From: Waterburya sp.
GTDB lineage: Bacteria > Cyanobacteriota > Cyanobacteriia > Cyanobacteriales > Xenococcaceae
DNA: 64,000 nt
Reading direction: 5' to 3'
Assembly: GCA_965217895.1 (NCBI GenBank)
Contig: CBDCJV010000002.1
Coordinates: forward strand, 3,584,001 to 3,648,000
A model generated the notes under the pieces. It was given only the letters and a program-made list of their open reading frames with translations. It did no database searches and was not told the origin of the DNA. Shown here one piece after another: positions 51,092-61,699 of this stretch. The position numbers and the translations under genes were made by a program. Numbering within the stretch: the first letter of the stretch is position 1; each line of letters starts with the position of its first letter.

Positions 51092-51841
51092 ATGAGCAGA
51101 AATTTAAAACAATCAAAAATAAGTCGATTTGCTCTCCTTTACCAAGGTTTAGCCATATCCTTAGCTATTTGCAGTTTTCTTAGCTTGACTTTGATCGATC
51201 CAGCTATGGCGGAAGAAAAATTAGTACCAACTTTGACAGTAACTGGAAATGGGAGCGAAAATATTGCGACTACCCTGACACAAGTTAAGTTAGGAGTCGA
51301 GATTCAGGGGAAAACCGCGATGGAGGTTCAACAAGAAATAGCCAAGCGAACAGCAGCTTTGGTGGATTTGTTGCGCTCAAAAGATGTCCAAGAGTTACAG
51401 ACAGCTGGTGTAAGCCTAGAACCGAATTATGACTATACTAATAACCAAAGAAACTTAGTGGGTTATATTGGCACAAATACAGTCAGCTTTCGCCTCCAAA
51501 CTGAGCAAGTTGGAACTTTATTAGATGAAACTGTCAAAGCGGGAGCTAGTCGCATCGATGAGGTAAGTTTTATTGCTAGCCCTGAAGCGATCGCCAAGGC
51601 TCAAAAAGAAGCTCTCCGTAAAGCCACCATTGATGCTCAAGCTATGGCAGATGTTGTTTTGAAGACTCTAAATCTTGTTTCCAAAGAAATTGTTAGTGTT
51701 CAGGTTAATCAGGCAAGCGCACCCCCACCAAATCCCCTTCGAGTTCAACAACTGTTAAAAGCAGATGCTGAAGCTAATACGCCTATCATCGGTGGAAAAC
51801 AAACAGTCGAAGCTTCTGTCACTCTGCAAATCAGCTACTAG
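51092..51841 (+). CDS. SIMPL (DUF541) periplasmic protein
   Basis: Signal peptide; LTVTGNG, LEPNYDY, GASRID, VEASVTL. Confidence 0.8.
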   Translation: MSRNLKQSKISRFALLYQGLAISLAICSFLSLTLIDPAMAEEKLVPTLTVTGNGSENIATTLTQVKLGVEIQGKTAMEVQQEIAKRTAALVDLLRSKDVQELQTAGVSLEPNYDYTNNQRNLVGYIGTNTVSFRLQTEQVGTLLDETVKAGASRIDEVSFIASPEAIAKAQKEALRKATIDAQAMADVVLKTLNLVSKEIVSVQVNQASAPPPNPLRVQQLLKADAEANTPIIGGKQTVEASVTLQISY

Positions 51842-52309
51842 CTAAATCATCTCAAAAAAAGCATCGTCTAATTCATAGCCAAACAGTTGCGCCATAGATT
51901 TTAGGCGCGATCGCAATGGGATATTCTGCTCTTGTAGCCAGTCTGAGAGAACAAAGATTTTATTCATCACAAATATTTCTAAGGCTTCAGGGTTAAAGAT
52001 AATACCTTCGCTACGGTTAAATTCATGAGGCACGAGCATTGCCGTATAACGAACTAGTTCTCCTGTTTTCCAGTCTAATAAAAATGGTATCCACGGATAA
52101 ACTGCATCTAAGCGTATAAACCACAGTCTAATCTCTGGTATTTCCGATAATTCGCGAGGATCGTTATCTTCTTGCTGATAGTCGATTGTCAACTGTAACT
52201 GCTGCTCATAATCGACGATCTTATTTAATGTAGAGTCTATTTGATTTTTGGCAGCAGATAAATCTAGATTGTTGATGGCTTGAGAATCTAAAATTAATTT
52301 TATAGTCAC
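51842..52309 (-). CDS. crr6: CRR6 NDH-1 assembly factor (DUF1817)
   Basis: DPRELSEIPEIRLWFIRLDAVYPW, YTAMLVPH, FNPEALE. Confidence 0.82.
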   Translation of the reverse strand: MTIKLILDSQAINNLDLSAAKNQIDSTLNKIVDYEQQLQLTIDYQQEDNDPRELSEIPEIRLWFIRLDAVYPWIPFLLDWKTGELVRYTAMLVPHEFNRSEGIIFNPEALEIFVMNKIFVLSDWLQEQNIPLRSRLKSMAQLFGYELDDAFFEMI

Positions 52310-52496
52310 AATAAGTATTACAAAAATAGAGGCTGAAGGATAATTCTGTTGAGCTAAAATTAACGATAGTGAACGTAAAACCTATAAAACGACAGGCTAC
52401 TATTTACTTTACTAATTTTTAGATTAGACATTTATATCTATTTTAAGTTAAAGTGGTAATGACTATGTATAAGCTTGAAACCATCGAGCCTCATTT

Positions 52497-52955
52497 ATGA
52501 AAACTCCAGAGGCAAACCTAACACCAATCAAATCTTTAGAGGATGCCTTAACCCGCTGCCAAGATTTGGGTATGCGGGTTAGTCGTCAGCGTCGCTATAT
52601 CTTAGAGCTGCTGTGGTCACAAGAAGAGCATCTTTCGGCTAGAGAGATATACGACTTGCTCAATCAACAAGGCAAAGAAATTGGTCACACATCCGTATAC
52701 CAAAACTTAGATGCTTTGTCTGCTGGAGGCATAATAGAATGTGTTGAGCGTTCTGACGGTAGATTGTATGGCAACATTAGCGACTCTCATAGTCATGTAA
52801 ACTGCTTAGATACTAATCAAATAATCGATCTGCAAATTGAGTTGCCCGAAGCAATAATCAAGCAAATAGAAGCACAAACGGGTGTCACCATTACTGATTA
52901 CCGCATTGACTTCTTTGGTTATAAAAATGCAGCCAAAGCTGAGTTAAGCAGTTAG
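52497..52955 (+). CDS. furC: Fur-family regulator FurC/PerR
   Basis: GMRVSRQRR, EHLSAREIY, GHTSVYQNL, SHSHVNC. Confidence 0.82.
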   Translation: MKTPEANLTPIKSLEDALTRCQDLGMRVSRQRRYILELLWSQEEHLSAREIYDLLNQQGKEIGHTSVYQNLDALSAGGIIECVERSDGRLYGNISDSHSHVNCLDTNQIIDLQIELPEAIIKQIEAQTGVTITDYRIDFFGYKNAAKAELSS

Positions 52956-53322
52956 GACAGTTAAAATTTTAGCATTGTAACACTGTTGATACTCTCGTAA
53001 CTAATATTAAAGCTAACTTTTGTAAGCAGAAAGAGCGAATAACTTGTATTCCTGGTTACAGAAATGAGAAGATATAGACTCCTGGCTCAAGTGCAATCAG
53101 GCTAGTTTTCATAATTCTCAACAAAATCAATAATGATTCTATAGTTAGACGCAATTTTTTAACTAACTCAAAGTAAAAGCAAATTATAGTTTGCTTTTTT
53201 ATATTTTTCTAATTCGATGTTTTGCACTCAGTTGCGATCGCAAACGCTAAGATAAAAAAGAGTCTTAAATCACTAAGCAGTACACATAAAAATATCCTTC
53301 CTGGTAATTATTTAAGAACAAT

Positions 53323-55257
53323 ATGGTTCAGACCCCTATCCAAACAAAAGTATCCAAAGTAGAAAAGTTAAAAGACCGCAGTAATTATCTGCGCGAACCG
53401 CTTTTAAGCGAATTGAAAGAAGAAACGACGCATTTTAGCGAAGATGCGATCCAAATTCTCAAGTTTCATGGCTCTTATCAGCAAGATAATCGTGACAATC
53501 GGGCGAAGGGTCAGGAAAAAGACTATCAAATGATGCTGCGTACTCGCAGTCCAGGTGGATTTGTCCCGCCAGAGTTATTTTTAGCTTTAGATCGCCTATC
53601 AGAAGAATATGGTAATCATACCCTCAGAATAACTACTCGCCAGGGTTTTCAGATTCATGGAATCTTGAAAAAAAATCTCCAAGAGGTTATCAAAAATATT
53701 TTAAATAATATGGGTTCGACCCTAAGTGCCTGTGGAGATGTTAATCGCAACATCATGTCTCCGCCTGCACCGTTTAAGAATAAACCCGAATATCAGTATG
53801 CTTTTGAGTATGCCAATAATATTGCCGATCTGCTTAATCCTCAAAGTGGAGCATATTATGAAATTTGGCTAGACGGAGAAAAAGCCATCAGCGCAGCAGA
53901 AGCTCCTGAAGTCAAAGCCGCTAGACAAAGTAAGGGCGATGGTATGATCGTTGAAAATAGCCTTGAGCCTATTTATGGAGAGCATTACTTACCCCGTAAA
54001 TTTAAGATTTGCGTAACTGTACCTGGTGATAACTCCATTGATGTTTATACTCACGACATCAGCTTGGTAGTAATGACCAATAAAAAAGGAGAGCTACAGG
54101 GTTTTAACGTTATGGCTGGAGGTGGCTTAGGTCGAACTCACAACAAAGAAGAAACCTTTGCCCGCATCTCTGACGAGCTAGGCTACATAGATAAAGCCGA
54201 TGTCTATGATTTAGTTAAAGCAATTGTTGCCACTCAAAGAGATTATGGCGATCGCACTAATCGCCGTCATGCCAGAATGAAGTATCTAATTCATGACTGG
54301 GGTGTAGCTAAGTTTAAAGCCAAGGTTGAATCTTACTTTGGTAAAAAACTCAAACCCTATAAAAAATTACCCGAATGGCAATATCAAGATTTTCTTGGCT
54401 GGTACGAACAGGGTGACGGCAAATGGTTTTTTGGTATTGGTGTCGAAAACGGCAGAATAAAAGATGAAGGTGCTTTTCAGCTAAAATCAGCCCTCAGAGA
54501 AATTGTGCAGCAGTTAAACATCCCGATGCGCTTATCTCCCAACCACAATGTTATTCTCTGTGAAATTGACCCCGAACAAAAAGAAACAATAGAAAACATC
54601 CTCAAAAATAGAGGAATAGAAACCGATCCCAGCGCGATCGAGCCTTTGACTCGCTATTCAATGGCTTGTCCCGCATTGCCTACCTGTGGCTTGGCAGTTA
54701 CTGAATCTGAGCGAGCTTTACCAGGAATTACCGATCGCATTAGAGCATTATTGAATAAACTAGGAATGGCAGACGAACACTTCGTGATGCGGATGACTGG
54801 ATGCCCCAACGGCTGCGCTCGTCCCTACATGGCAGAGTTAGGCTTTGTTGGTAGCGCACCTGGAAAATACCAAATCTGGCTGGGAGGAACACCAAATCAG
54901 ACTCAACTAGCCCAACCCTACGAACAAAAAATGTCAGTAGAAGAGTTAGAAAACTTCTTTGAGCCTATTTTTGTTTTCTTCCAACAGAATCGCCAATCCC
55001 AAGAAAGCTTTGGATCGTTCTGTAGCCGTGTTGGATTCGCTGCCATTCGTAATTTTTCTGAAAACTATACAATAGGAAGCTATATGGATATAGATACTAC
55101 TACCAAACGCAAGTTTCGCAAAAATCAACGTCGCGTTAGTGTCCCCGATGATGTTTTTCCCAAACTAAAAGAGATTGCCGAAAAAGAAGGTAGACCGATG
55201 AATCAGATTATTGCTGATGCTTTGAGCGAATATTTTACTAAGAGCAAAGGAGCATAG
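53323..55257 (+). CDS. sir: Ferredoxin-dependent sulfite reductase
   Basis: [40 protein letters not shown]. Confidence 0.93.
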   Translation: MVQTPIQTKVSKVEKLKDRSNYLREPLLSELKEETTHFSEDAIQILKFHGSYQQDNRDNRAKGQEKDYQMMLRTRSPGGFVPPELFLALDRLSEEYGNHTLRITTRQGFQIHGILKKNLQEVIKNILNNMGSTLSACGDVNRNIMSPPAPFKNKPEYQYAFEYANNIADLLNPQSGAYYEIWLDGEKAISAAEAPEVKAARQSKGDGMIVENSLEPIYGEHYLPRKFKICVTVPGDNSIDVYTHDISLVVMTNKKGELQGFNVMAGGGLGRTHNKEETFARISDELGYIDKADVYDLVKAIVATQRDYGDRTNRRHARMKYLIHDWGVAKFKAKVESYFGKKLKPYKKLPEWQYQDFLGWYEQGDGKWFFGIGVENGRIKDEGAFQLKSALREIVQQLNIPMRLSPNHNVILCEIDPEQKETIENILKNRGIETDPSAIEPLTRYSMACPALPTCGLAVTESERALPGITDRIRALLNKLGMADEHFVMRMTGCPNGCARPYMAELGFVGSAPGKYQIWLGGTPNQTQLAQPYEQKMSVEELENFFEPIFVFFQQNRQSQESFGSFCSRVGFAAIRNFSENYTIGSYMDIDTTTKRKFRKNQRRVSVPDDVFPKLKEIAEKEGRPMNQIIADALSEYFTKSKGA

Positions 55258-55462
55258 CATAATTTTGTTAGCTATACTTAAATAATTATTCGTGATTATG
55301 GAGGCAGTCTTTTGGCAGTCTCTTTTTTTTGTGTTATCTATTTAATACAACATTTGAGATCGGTATAATAACTGATTTGAATTTGCCTAAATTTAACTAA
55401 ACTGAAAAAATCCATTTGGTACAAATCTTTGAATTTCAGCAGCATTTGCAGTCTTTTATTAA

Positions 55463-56638
55463 TTGATGACCACCATGAATAATGACAATATCAAAGATGA
55501 ACTAGTTTTAGTTGTAAAAGAGCTAAAAAAAGATTTAGCGACCCTGCTAAACGCTTTACAATCAGCTAAATACTCTATTGTGGTGGTTCAAAATCAAGAA
55601 GATACTCTAACTTTGGCCGCCTTGATCAAGCCCAGCTTGATTGTGTTAGACATTTCGATGTCCCAAATGAATGGATGGGAAATATGTAGACAGCTAAAAA
55701 ACAATTCTCAAACGAGTCAAGTTCCTTTAGTTTTGATTAATTCTTCGATAAATACTGCCCAGAGGGTAACTGAATTAGGTTGGCAAAACCTGATCTGTAT
55801 TGCCCAAAACAGTCAGCCTCAAAAGATTATTCATTTTATTGAAACTCTCTTATCTACTAAAGTTAAACATTCAGCAGACTTTTTGAGCAAGACAATTCAA
55901 CTAGAAGAAAATCAGCAGTTATTAGATTCAGAACGAAATTTAGAAGAATTTACCTCTCTTGTATCCCAAGATTTACAGACATCACTAAGTTCGTTGACTA
56001 TGTTTACTGATTTACTTACTAAAGAGTATCAGAGTGATTTAGATCAAACAGCCCAAAATTATCTTGCAAGCATTAGCAATAGCAGTTCGCGGATGCAAAC
56101 CTTGATTGAAGACTTACGGAATTATGCTCAAGCAGGAAAAAGTGAACAAACTTGGCTGATGGTTGATTTGAATCAGGTAATGCAGCAGGTTATTAGGGAA
56201 CTGCGACAGGCGATCGCTGATACCAAAGCCGAAATTGTGGTGAGAGATTTACCCAGCATTTTGATCAACCCCCAAGAAATATATCAGATACTGCAAAATT
56301 TGATGGAAAATGCGCTCAAGTTTAGTGGCAACGATCCCCGTATTGAAGTTACTGCGGTTCAACAGGAACAAGCATGGTTAATTGCTATAGCTGATAACGG
56401 TATTGGCATTCCTCAAGAATTTCACTCTAAAATTTTTCAAGTTTTCCATAGAGTTCATTCCACTGAAGCTTATTCTGGGGCAGGGATCGGTTTAGCTGTT
56501 TGCGAAAAAATTATCGATCGCTATGGGGGGAAAATCTGGGTTGAGTCCAACGGCGATCGCGGTTCAACCTTCTATTTCACTTTGCCGATGGATGTTTGTT
56601 TACAAAAAACAGTTACCGCAACCCAAGTCAATAACTAG
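55463..56638 (+). CDS. Hybrid receiver-histidine kinase-like protein
   Basis: N-terminal REC (VLDISM); HATPase N, G1, F and G2 boxes; H-box reads SQDL. Confidence 0.8.
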   Translation: MMTTMNNDNIKDELVLVVKELKKDLATLLNALQSAKYSIVVVQNQEDTLTLAALIKPSLIVLDISMSQMNGWEICRQLKNNSQTSQVPLVLINSSINTAQRVTELGWQNLICIAQNSQPQKIIHFIETLLSTKVKHSADFLSKTIQLEENQQLLDSERNLEEFTSLVSQDLQTSLSSLTMFTDLLTKEYQSDLDQTAQNYLASISNSSSRMQTLIEDLRNYAQAGKSEQTWLMVDLNQVMQQVIRELRQAIADTKAEIVVRDLPSILINPQEIYQILQNLMENALKFSGNDPRIEVTAVQQEQAWLIAIADNGIGIPQEFHSKIFQVFHRVHSTEAYSGAGIGLAVCEKIIDRYGGKIWVESNGDRGSTFYFTLPMDVCLQKTVTATQVNN

Positions 56639-56714
56639 CATGACTATCTATCGCAGTACGTTAACTGACAACGTATAAAAGTGGAAGAAGGTTAAGTTGC
56701 TAGATTGAAAAAAA

Positions 56715-57533
56715 TCAGATTCCGATAGACCTTTCGCCAGCTATCAATCCACGATGCAAGACTCGATCGCCCACAACTTGAGAATGATCTGCCCGATGCA
56801 TTGTACAGCGATCGTCCCAAACTACTATATCCCCCGCTTGCCACCGATGGCGATAAAGCCTATTTTTACGAATTGAATGTTTATATAGCAGCCTAATAAT
56901 TCGTTGTCCCTCCTCCGCATTTACACCAGATATAGCCTGACATCGTTCTGGCGTAGATAAATAAAGTGCCACCCGCCCCGAAATTGGATGTCGTCTAAAT
57001 AATGGATGCCAGCATTGGGTTTGTTGACTTTCATCCAAGGTCAAACCAGAAACCAGATGCAAAACCTTTGCCCGCTCAAACCGTTCCTTCATCCACTTGG
57101 GTAATGTCTCGTATGCCCAATATTGATTGCAAAATAAGGTTTCGCCTCCCGATGATGGCACTTTTACAATTCGTAGTGCGGTAAATGCGGGGGGTTTAGT
57201 AATGTAGCTTGTATCCGTATGAAAAACGCTTCTAGGTGGGCGATCGCGACCTACATTAGTCACCAAGTTCAGCATCGGCGCACCAGGAACAGGCTTCTCT
57301 CCTATGGTAAACGTCAATTGCCCCAACTTGTTCAAAAAAGCAACAAACGCTTCGTCAGTAATTCGCTGCCCCTTGAATACCATAAACCCATGGCGAGCGA
57401 TCGCAGTCTTTACCGCATTGATTTTTTCACCGCCCAGATCTGCGATCTTAAGCTTAATAGCCTCCACCCCAAAAGGCGAAAGCATCCGCAAGTCATAGCT
57501 CATGCGATCGCCTCTCCCCAAAAAACTAAACAA
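56715..57533 (-). CDS. TauD/TfdA Fe(II)/2-oxoglutarate dioxygenase
   Basis: FHTD, GGETLF, HPL..HP, WQAGDIVVWDDRCTMHR; true start may be 57503. Confidence 0.85.
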   Translation of the reverse strand: MFSFLGRGDRMSYDLRMLSPFGVEAIKLKIADLGGEKINAVKTAIARHGFMVFKGQRITDEAFVAFLNKLGQLTFTIGEKPVPGAPMLNLVTNVGRDRPPRSVFHTDTSYITKPPAFTALRIVKVPSSGGETLFCNQYWAYETLPKWMKERFERAKVLHLVSGLTLDESQQTQCWHPLFRRHPISGRVALYLSTPERCQAISGVNAEEGQRIIRLLYKHSIRKNRLYRHRWQAGDIVVWDDRCTMHRADHSQVVGDRVLHRGLIAGERSIGI

Positions 57534-58185
57534 ATTTCTTCAACTCATCAAAATTAAGCTTATCAACTCGTAAATTAGCCCCCGAAAAATTATGATGAGT
57601 CGTATTCTCTCCTGGAAACCCTACACAGCTTATCCCCGCCGTCTGTGCCGCCGTTAGCCCACCCAGATTATCTTCAATAGCAACGCAATTTTCTGCCTTC
57701 TCATTGAGTTCTTTCAACGCGAAAATATAAGCATCTCCAGCAGGCTTTGATCGCTCCACCATAGAAGCATCCACCACCAAATCAAAATCTGCCCGCTCGA
57801 TATCCGACGCTAAGGCTGACAGCAATGATGACACATTCTTCTCAGAGGTTGTTGTCACCAAACCTAGCTTTAACCCATGCTGCTTTGCCTGGGCGATGGT
57901 TTCAACTACACCAGGGCGTGACTTCACTTCACCCGCACGTAAATGCTCTTGAAATATCTGTGACTTCGACCTATGAATCGCTGCTGCATCTACCGACTGT
58001 CCGACCAAAGCTGCATAGTCCTTAATTCTTTGCGTCCCGCCGCTTTTTTCCAGCATTGACAAATACTCACCCTGCGTCCAGTGCCAATCGAGTCCATGTC
58101 GCTCAAATGCCTGATTAAAAGACTGTCTTTGAAGCTCAGAAGTATCGGCGATCGAACCAATAGACCCCAAAAAAATAGCTGACAT
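57526..58185 (-). CDS. HAD-IA (CbbY-like) hydrolase homologue
   Basis: FNQAF..GLDWHW, RPGV, KPAGDAY, AIED..G; motif I reads LGSIG. Confidence 0.8.
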   Translation of the reverse strand: MSAIFLGSIGSIADTSELQRQSFNQAFERHGLDWHWTQGEYLSMLEKSGGTQRIKDYAALVGQSVDAAAIHRSKSQIFQEHLRAGEVKSRPGVVETIAQAKQHGLKLGLVTTTSEKNVSSLLSALASDIERADFDLVVDASMVERSKPAGDAYIFALKELNEKAENCVAIEDNLGGLTAAQTAGISCVGFPGENTTHHNFSGANLRVDKLNFDELKKFV

Positions 58186-58263
58186 AAACTCTACGTTTCC
58201 TTATTTTATAAATAGAAAAAACAATTTGAAAAACGTTACCATTTATAACTTACCGTTGTCTTG

Positions 58264-58330
58264 GGTTTAAAGCCTTCTTCTTTTAGGAGGACTTTTTTAG
58301 TCTCGGTGAGAAAGGTGTAATCACCGCCGT
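58264..58330. mobile_element. Possible IS200/IS605 end remnant
   Basis: GGGTTTAAAGCCTTCTTCTTTTAGGAGGACTTT hairpin followed by a CGGTGA..TCACCG stem. Confidence 0.4.
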
Positions 58331-58347
58331 AAACGATCGCTAAGCGG

Positions 58348-59373
58348 TCAATCAAACATCGCCTGCTGTAACATCTGGTCAAAAAATATCTTTACTGGCG
58401 TACCCGCAGCACTCATCATCGCTACTAGAACGCTCCCTGGCGCAAAAGAACAATACAGCGCAGCCTCAATAAACCAGCACTGTCCTCCAGGGTCAATACG
58501 GATATCGAACAAACTGTAGTGCCGACATCCCAAAGCCAGATGGCATCGCTTTGCCATTTCCCAAACCTCTGGCACGACGGGATCGTCAACATCCACTGCC
58601 CATGAGTCAAATCCTTCTTTCACTGCTAGCTCAATCTCTTCCTGCTCGTTTCGTTTGAGCTTATTCTCATAAGCGCGAATAGGTCGCTTTTGGGAATCCA
58701 TCCAGTACTCTTTTAGTGGCAGACAAACCATCTCTCCTCCCTGCATTACTATTCCACAGCGCACTTCTCGACCTAGCTCAATAAACTGCTCAATCAGCAC
58801 CTCATCAGAGTGAGAAAAAGCGACCTCCAAAGCAGCCTGGTAGTCATTTTTTTGCTTGACTAGAGTTATCCCTACAGAATTGTCAGTATTCGTCGGCTTT
58901 ACAATTACTGGTAGCCGTGGCTCAAACAGGTCGCCCCGCCGTAATAAAACACCTTTAGGTACTCGTACACCCTCAGCCGAGACAACCGCCCTTGCTTTTG
59001 CCTTATCAGCAGCGATCGCCATTGCCGTAGGTTTATTGCCTACATAAGGTATCTTCAACAGATCTAACAACGCTCTATACTCAGTCATTCCAGATATGCA
59101 AAACAGATGTGGTATCGCCACATCAATTTCCTTTTTAGCGAGAAACAATACGGCTTCAGAAAAGGTAAACGGTTTGGCATCCGCAATCGAATCGCGATCT
59201 AAATAGGCGGGAAATCGCCAAATGCGATCGGTCGAGACATAGGCAATTAAGAAGTCATATTGAGAAGAATTCGCCGTGGCTCGAATACAATTTTGAGCAT
59301 ACATTCGAGAAATATCGCAGTAGTGTTCGCTATCAGCAGATCCTACCAGATGAAGAATGCGTAAGTGGTTCAT
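58348..59373 (-). CDS. mysD: D-Ala-D-Ala ligase-like mycosporine-glycine:amino acid ligase (MysD type)
   Basis: LRILHLVGSA...YCDISRMYA, IPHLFCISGMT.YR, ADKAKA, GREVRCG, LGCRHYSLFD, EAALYCSF. Confidence 0.75.
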   Translation of the reverse strand: MNHLRILHLVGSADSEHYCDISRMYAQNCIRATANSSQYDFLIAYVSTDRIWRFPAYLDRDSIADAKPFTFSEAVLFLAKKEIDVAIPHLFCISGMTEYRALLDLLKIPYVGNKPTAMAIAADKAKARAVVSAEGVRVPKGVLLRRGDLFEPRLPVIVKPTNTDNSVGITLVKQKNDYQAALEVAFSHSDEVLIEQFIELGREVRCGIVMQGGEMVCLPLKEYWMDSQKRPIRAYENKLKRNEQEEIELAVKEGFDSWAVDVDDPVVPEVWEMAKRCHLALGCRHYSLFDIRIDPGGQCWFIEAALYCSFAPGSVLVAMMSAAGTPVKIFFDQMLQQAMFD

Positions 59374-60437
59374 AATGACTGTTCGTTTTTGTCGTAATCC
59401 TCAATAAAAGAGGATTGCTGGATCGAATTTATAATTTGAATCGGCGATGCAGGTTTAGCTTAGATTGAATATCAAAGTTTTTCTTCTTTATTCTTGCTCA
59501 AACTTGCTCAAAATTGTGCTTGATTGATAGACCTCTGCATGAATAAATTATTAAGTTCTTTATTACCTCTCACCTCTTGGCAAAGTGGCTAGGGGGTGAT
59601 TTGTGCCAGAAGTCTAATAGAAAGCAAAAATTAAATCATCAAATATTTTTCTATTTTGGTAATAGGTGATACACATTGACCAACCAGAAAATAATGGAAG
59701 AGCTATACTATTTTGAGAAATAAACCGAATCTGAGATTTATTTAAATTCTCTACTTTTATTTCTCATAATTTGCTGATTTAAAAGTAGATTTATCTACTT
59801 TTAGTGGCAAAAAAACTTTATAGTTGTTGGCAGCACTAAAGCTCAATGTGAATGATTATTAGTCTAAAGAAATTGCAGCTAAATGATTAGAAACAATAGC
59901 GTTTTCAAAATAATCATTTCGCGTTTATTCTTGCCAGATTTTTTACCTAGTCCCTTAAAAATATCTAGAGCATCTCCATCTTTAGGAGATTATTTTTTGC
60001 CGAAATTGTCTCAAAAACATCTGTAAATAACTTTGTTGTTATCAATATGACAATCTGTACGGGATTTATTTGATATAAAAGAGCAGATGAAATTTGTCTT
60101 CATTATGTTCTATCGATGTTTTCTTAGCCGTTTACAAAATCTTAACTAGATCTTTAAACAAACTTTATGGGAATTAAGTGATCTTGCTCATGTTAATTAG
60201 CTAAATAATCGTGCAGGATGATATTGAGTAAATAGTCAATCAGCCAAGAACTAAAATGGTTCTGTTATTCAACGCCAATCATTAGTTAGAACTGAACCCT
60301 TTACCGTTGGTCAAACTGTTTTAAGTATGCACCAGCATTAACCGAAGCAAACCAACATAAGTAAAAGTAAATAGAGATGATAGTTCAGTCAGCTAAATCT
60401 CTTTTCTAAGCAAATTATTAAAGTTGAGGAGTCAACC

Positions 60438-60797
60438 ATGAACGCAATGCAATATACAATTGAAAGCCTGCATCTGGAAAACTGGATTTATCCACGCCAG
60501 CGTCGGCAATCTTCCCAAAATTCAGTAAAAGCAAGAAAAATAGATTTACTTGCTCCATTACGTCAATGGTTAGACAATATTGAAGTAAAAAATAGTGCGA
60601 TCGCTCATCTGATCTGTAAATTGATTCCTAGCCAATGTCCTTTTGAACGAGAAATCAAATTGTTTGGACGCTCGATCGTTAAAATTCCCCCTATGTGTAA
60701 ATTAAATCCTCTTTATAACGAGGTAATTGGTTTGCGTTTTCGGGCGATTTGCTACTTAGCTGATGTTTGTGGAGAAGATGTTAGCCTCTATTGCTAA
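60438..60797 (+). CDS. Mo-dependent nitrogenase C-terminal domain family protein
   Basis: ICKLIPSQCPFER, IPPMCKLNPLY, LRFRAICYLAD. Confidence 0.8.
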   Translation: MNAMQYTIESLHLENWIYPRQRRQSSQNSVKARKIDLLAPLRQWLDNIEVKNSAIAHLICKLIPSQCPFEREIKLFGRSIVKIPPMCKLNPLYNEVIGLRFRAICYLADVCGEDVSLYC

Positions 60798-60840
60798 GAT
60801 ACATTAGAATTTAGACATCTTTTTTCTAATAGAGACAATC

Positions 60841-61608
60841 GTGGCAATTATAGCTCTCAAAGCTTGGTATTTAGAACAATACGAGCCAATCAAGACAGTA
60901 ATTCAAAAGCCCTCTACCCTGCGTCTAAGCAGAAATAGTTTGTTAAAAACGGGTTTACGGGCAGATTTTTTAGACGATCGCCTGGAGGTAGAGGGATCGG
61001 ACTGGTTTCAACTGTATCTAGAAGGTAGAACTGTAGAGTTTTATGTTCAAGGAAGCGGTAGCTATATCGTTTCTAATATCGATTTAGTCTCTCAAGAAAT
61101 TTATTTTACTAAGTGCAATAGTATTTCAGGACTTGAACCTGTAATTTACTATAGCCCTCAAGCTCATTATCAAGCTGCCAACGATGCTGTTACTTCAGCT
61201 TTGGAAAGTATCGTTGAAGATTTAGCAGGGCGATCGCGCATACCTTTATCTTTAGAAGTTACACCTCACGTTGCCGAATCCCCCTTACGCCTAAGTAATA
61301 GTCAATTTAAAAAAATCAGTAAAAGCCTATTGTTGATAGCTGACGTTACTCCCATTAGTAGTATTCCTGGAGAAAAGCAACCTAACCTGTTAATAGATCC
61401 CACGGTATGTGTGGAATTGGGTTATGGAATTCAAAACAAGGATCATGGACAGATCCTATTACTGAATATGGAACGTCCAGACTTAAAAGGAACAATACCT
61501 TTTGATATGGCTGGCTACAAGCAACTTAGCTTTACTAACGCTGCTCAATTAGCCAAAAGTCTACCTAAATTGCTCGACACTTTGCTACAGCGATACAATT
61601 TGTTCTAA
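60841..61608 (+). CDS. Conserved cyanobacterial hypothetical protein
   Basis: MAIIALKAWY, LLKTGLRADFLD, VEFYVQGSG, IADVTPI..VCVELGY. Confidence 0.65.
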   Translation: MAIIALKAWYLEQYEPIKTVIQKPSTLRLSRNSLLKTGLRADFLDDRLEVEGSDWFQLYLEGRTVEFYVQGSGSYIVSNIDLVSQEIYFTKCNSISGLEPVIYYSPQAHYQAANDAVTSALESIVEDLAGRSRIPLSLEVTPHVAESPLRLSNSQFKKISKSLLLIADVTPISSIPGEKQPNLLIDPTVCVELGYGIQNKDHGQILLLNMERPDLKGTIPFDMAGYKQLSFTNAAQLAKSLPKLLDTLLQRYNLF

Positions 61609-61699
61609 ACAAACAACTGGTTGATTGAGCTGCCGATGCACTTAAATTACATATTATCTTGCTATAGTAAAAATTATCTACTAAGTACGGTAGGAAAAG

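Noticed and set aside
59400..60430. 1-kb ORF-free region as a possible ncRNA
   Set aside because: AT-rich, with no convincing structure or known RNA motif visible by eye; likely divergent promoters.
60438..60797. Nitrogen fixation gene
   Set aside because: The domain name is misleading; no nif genes are present in the window.
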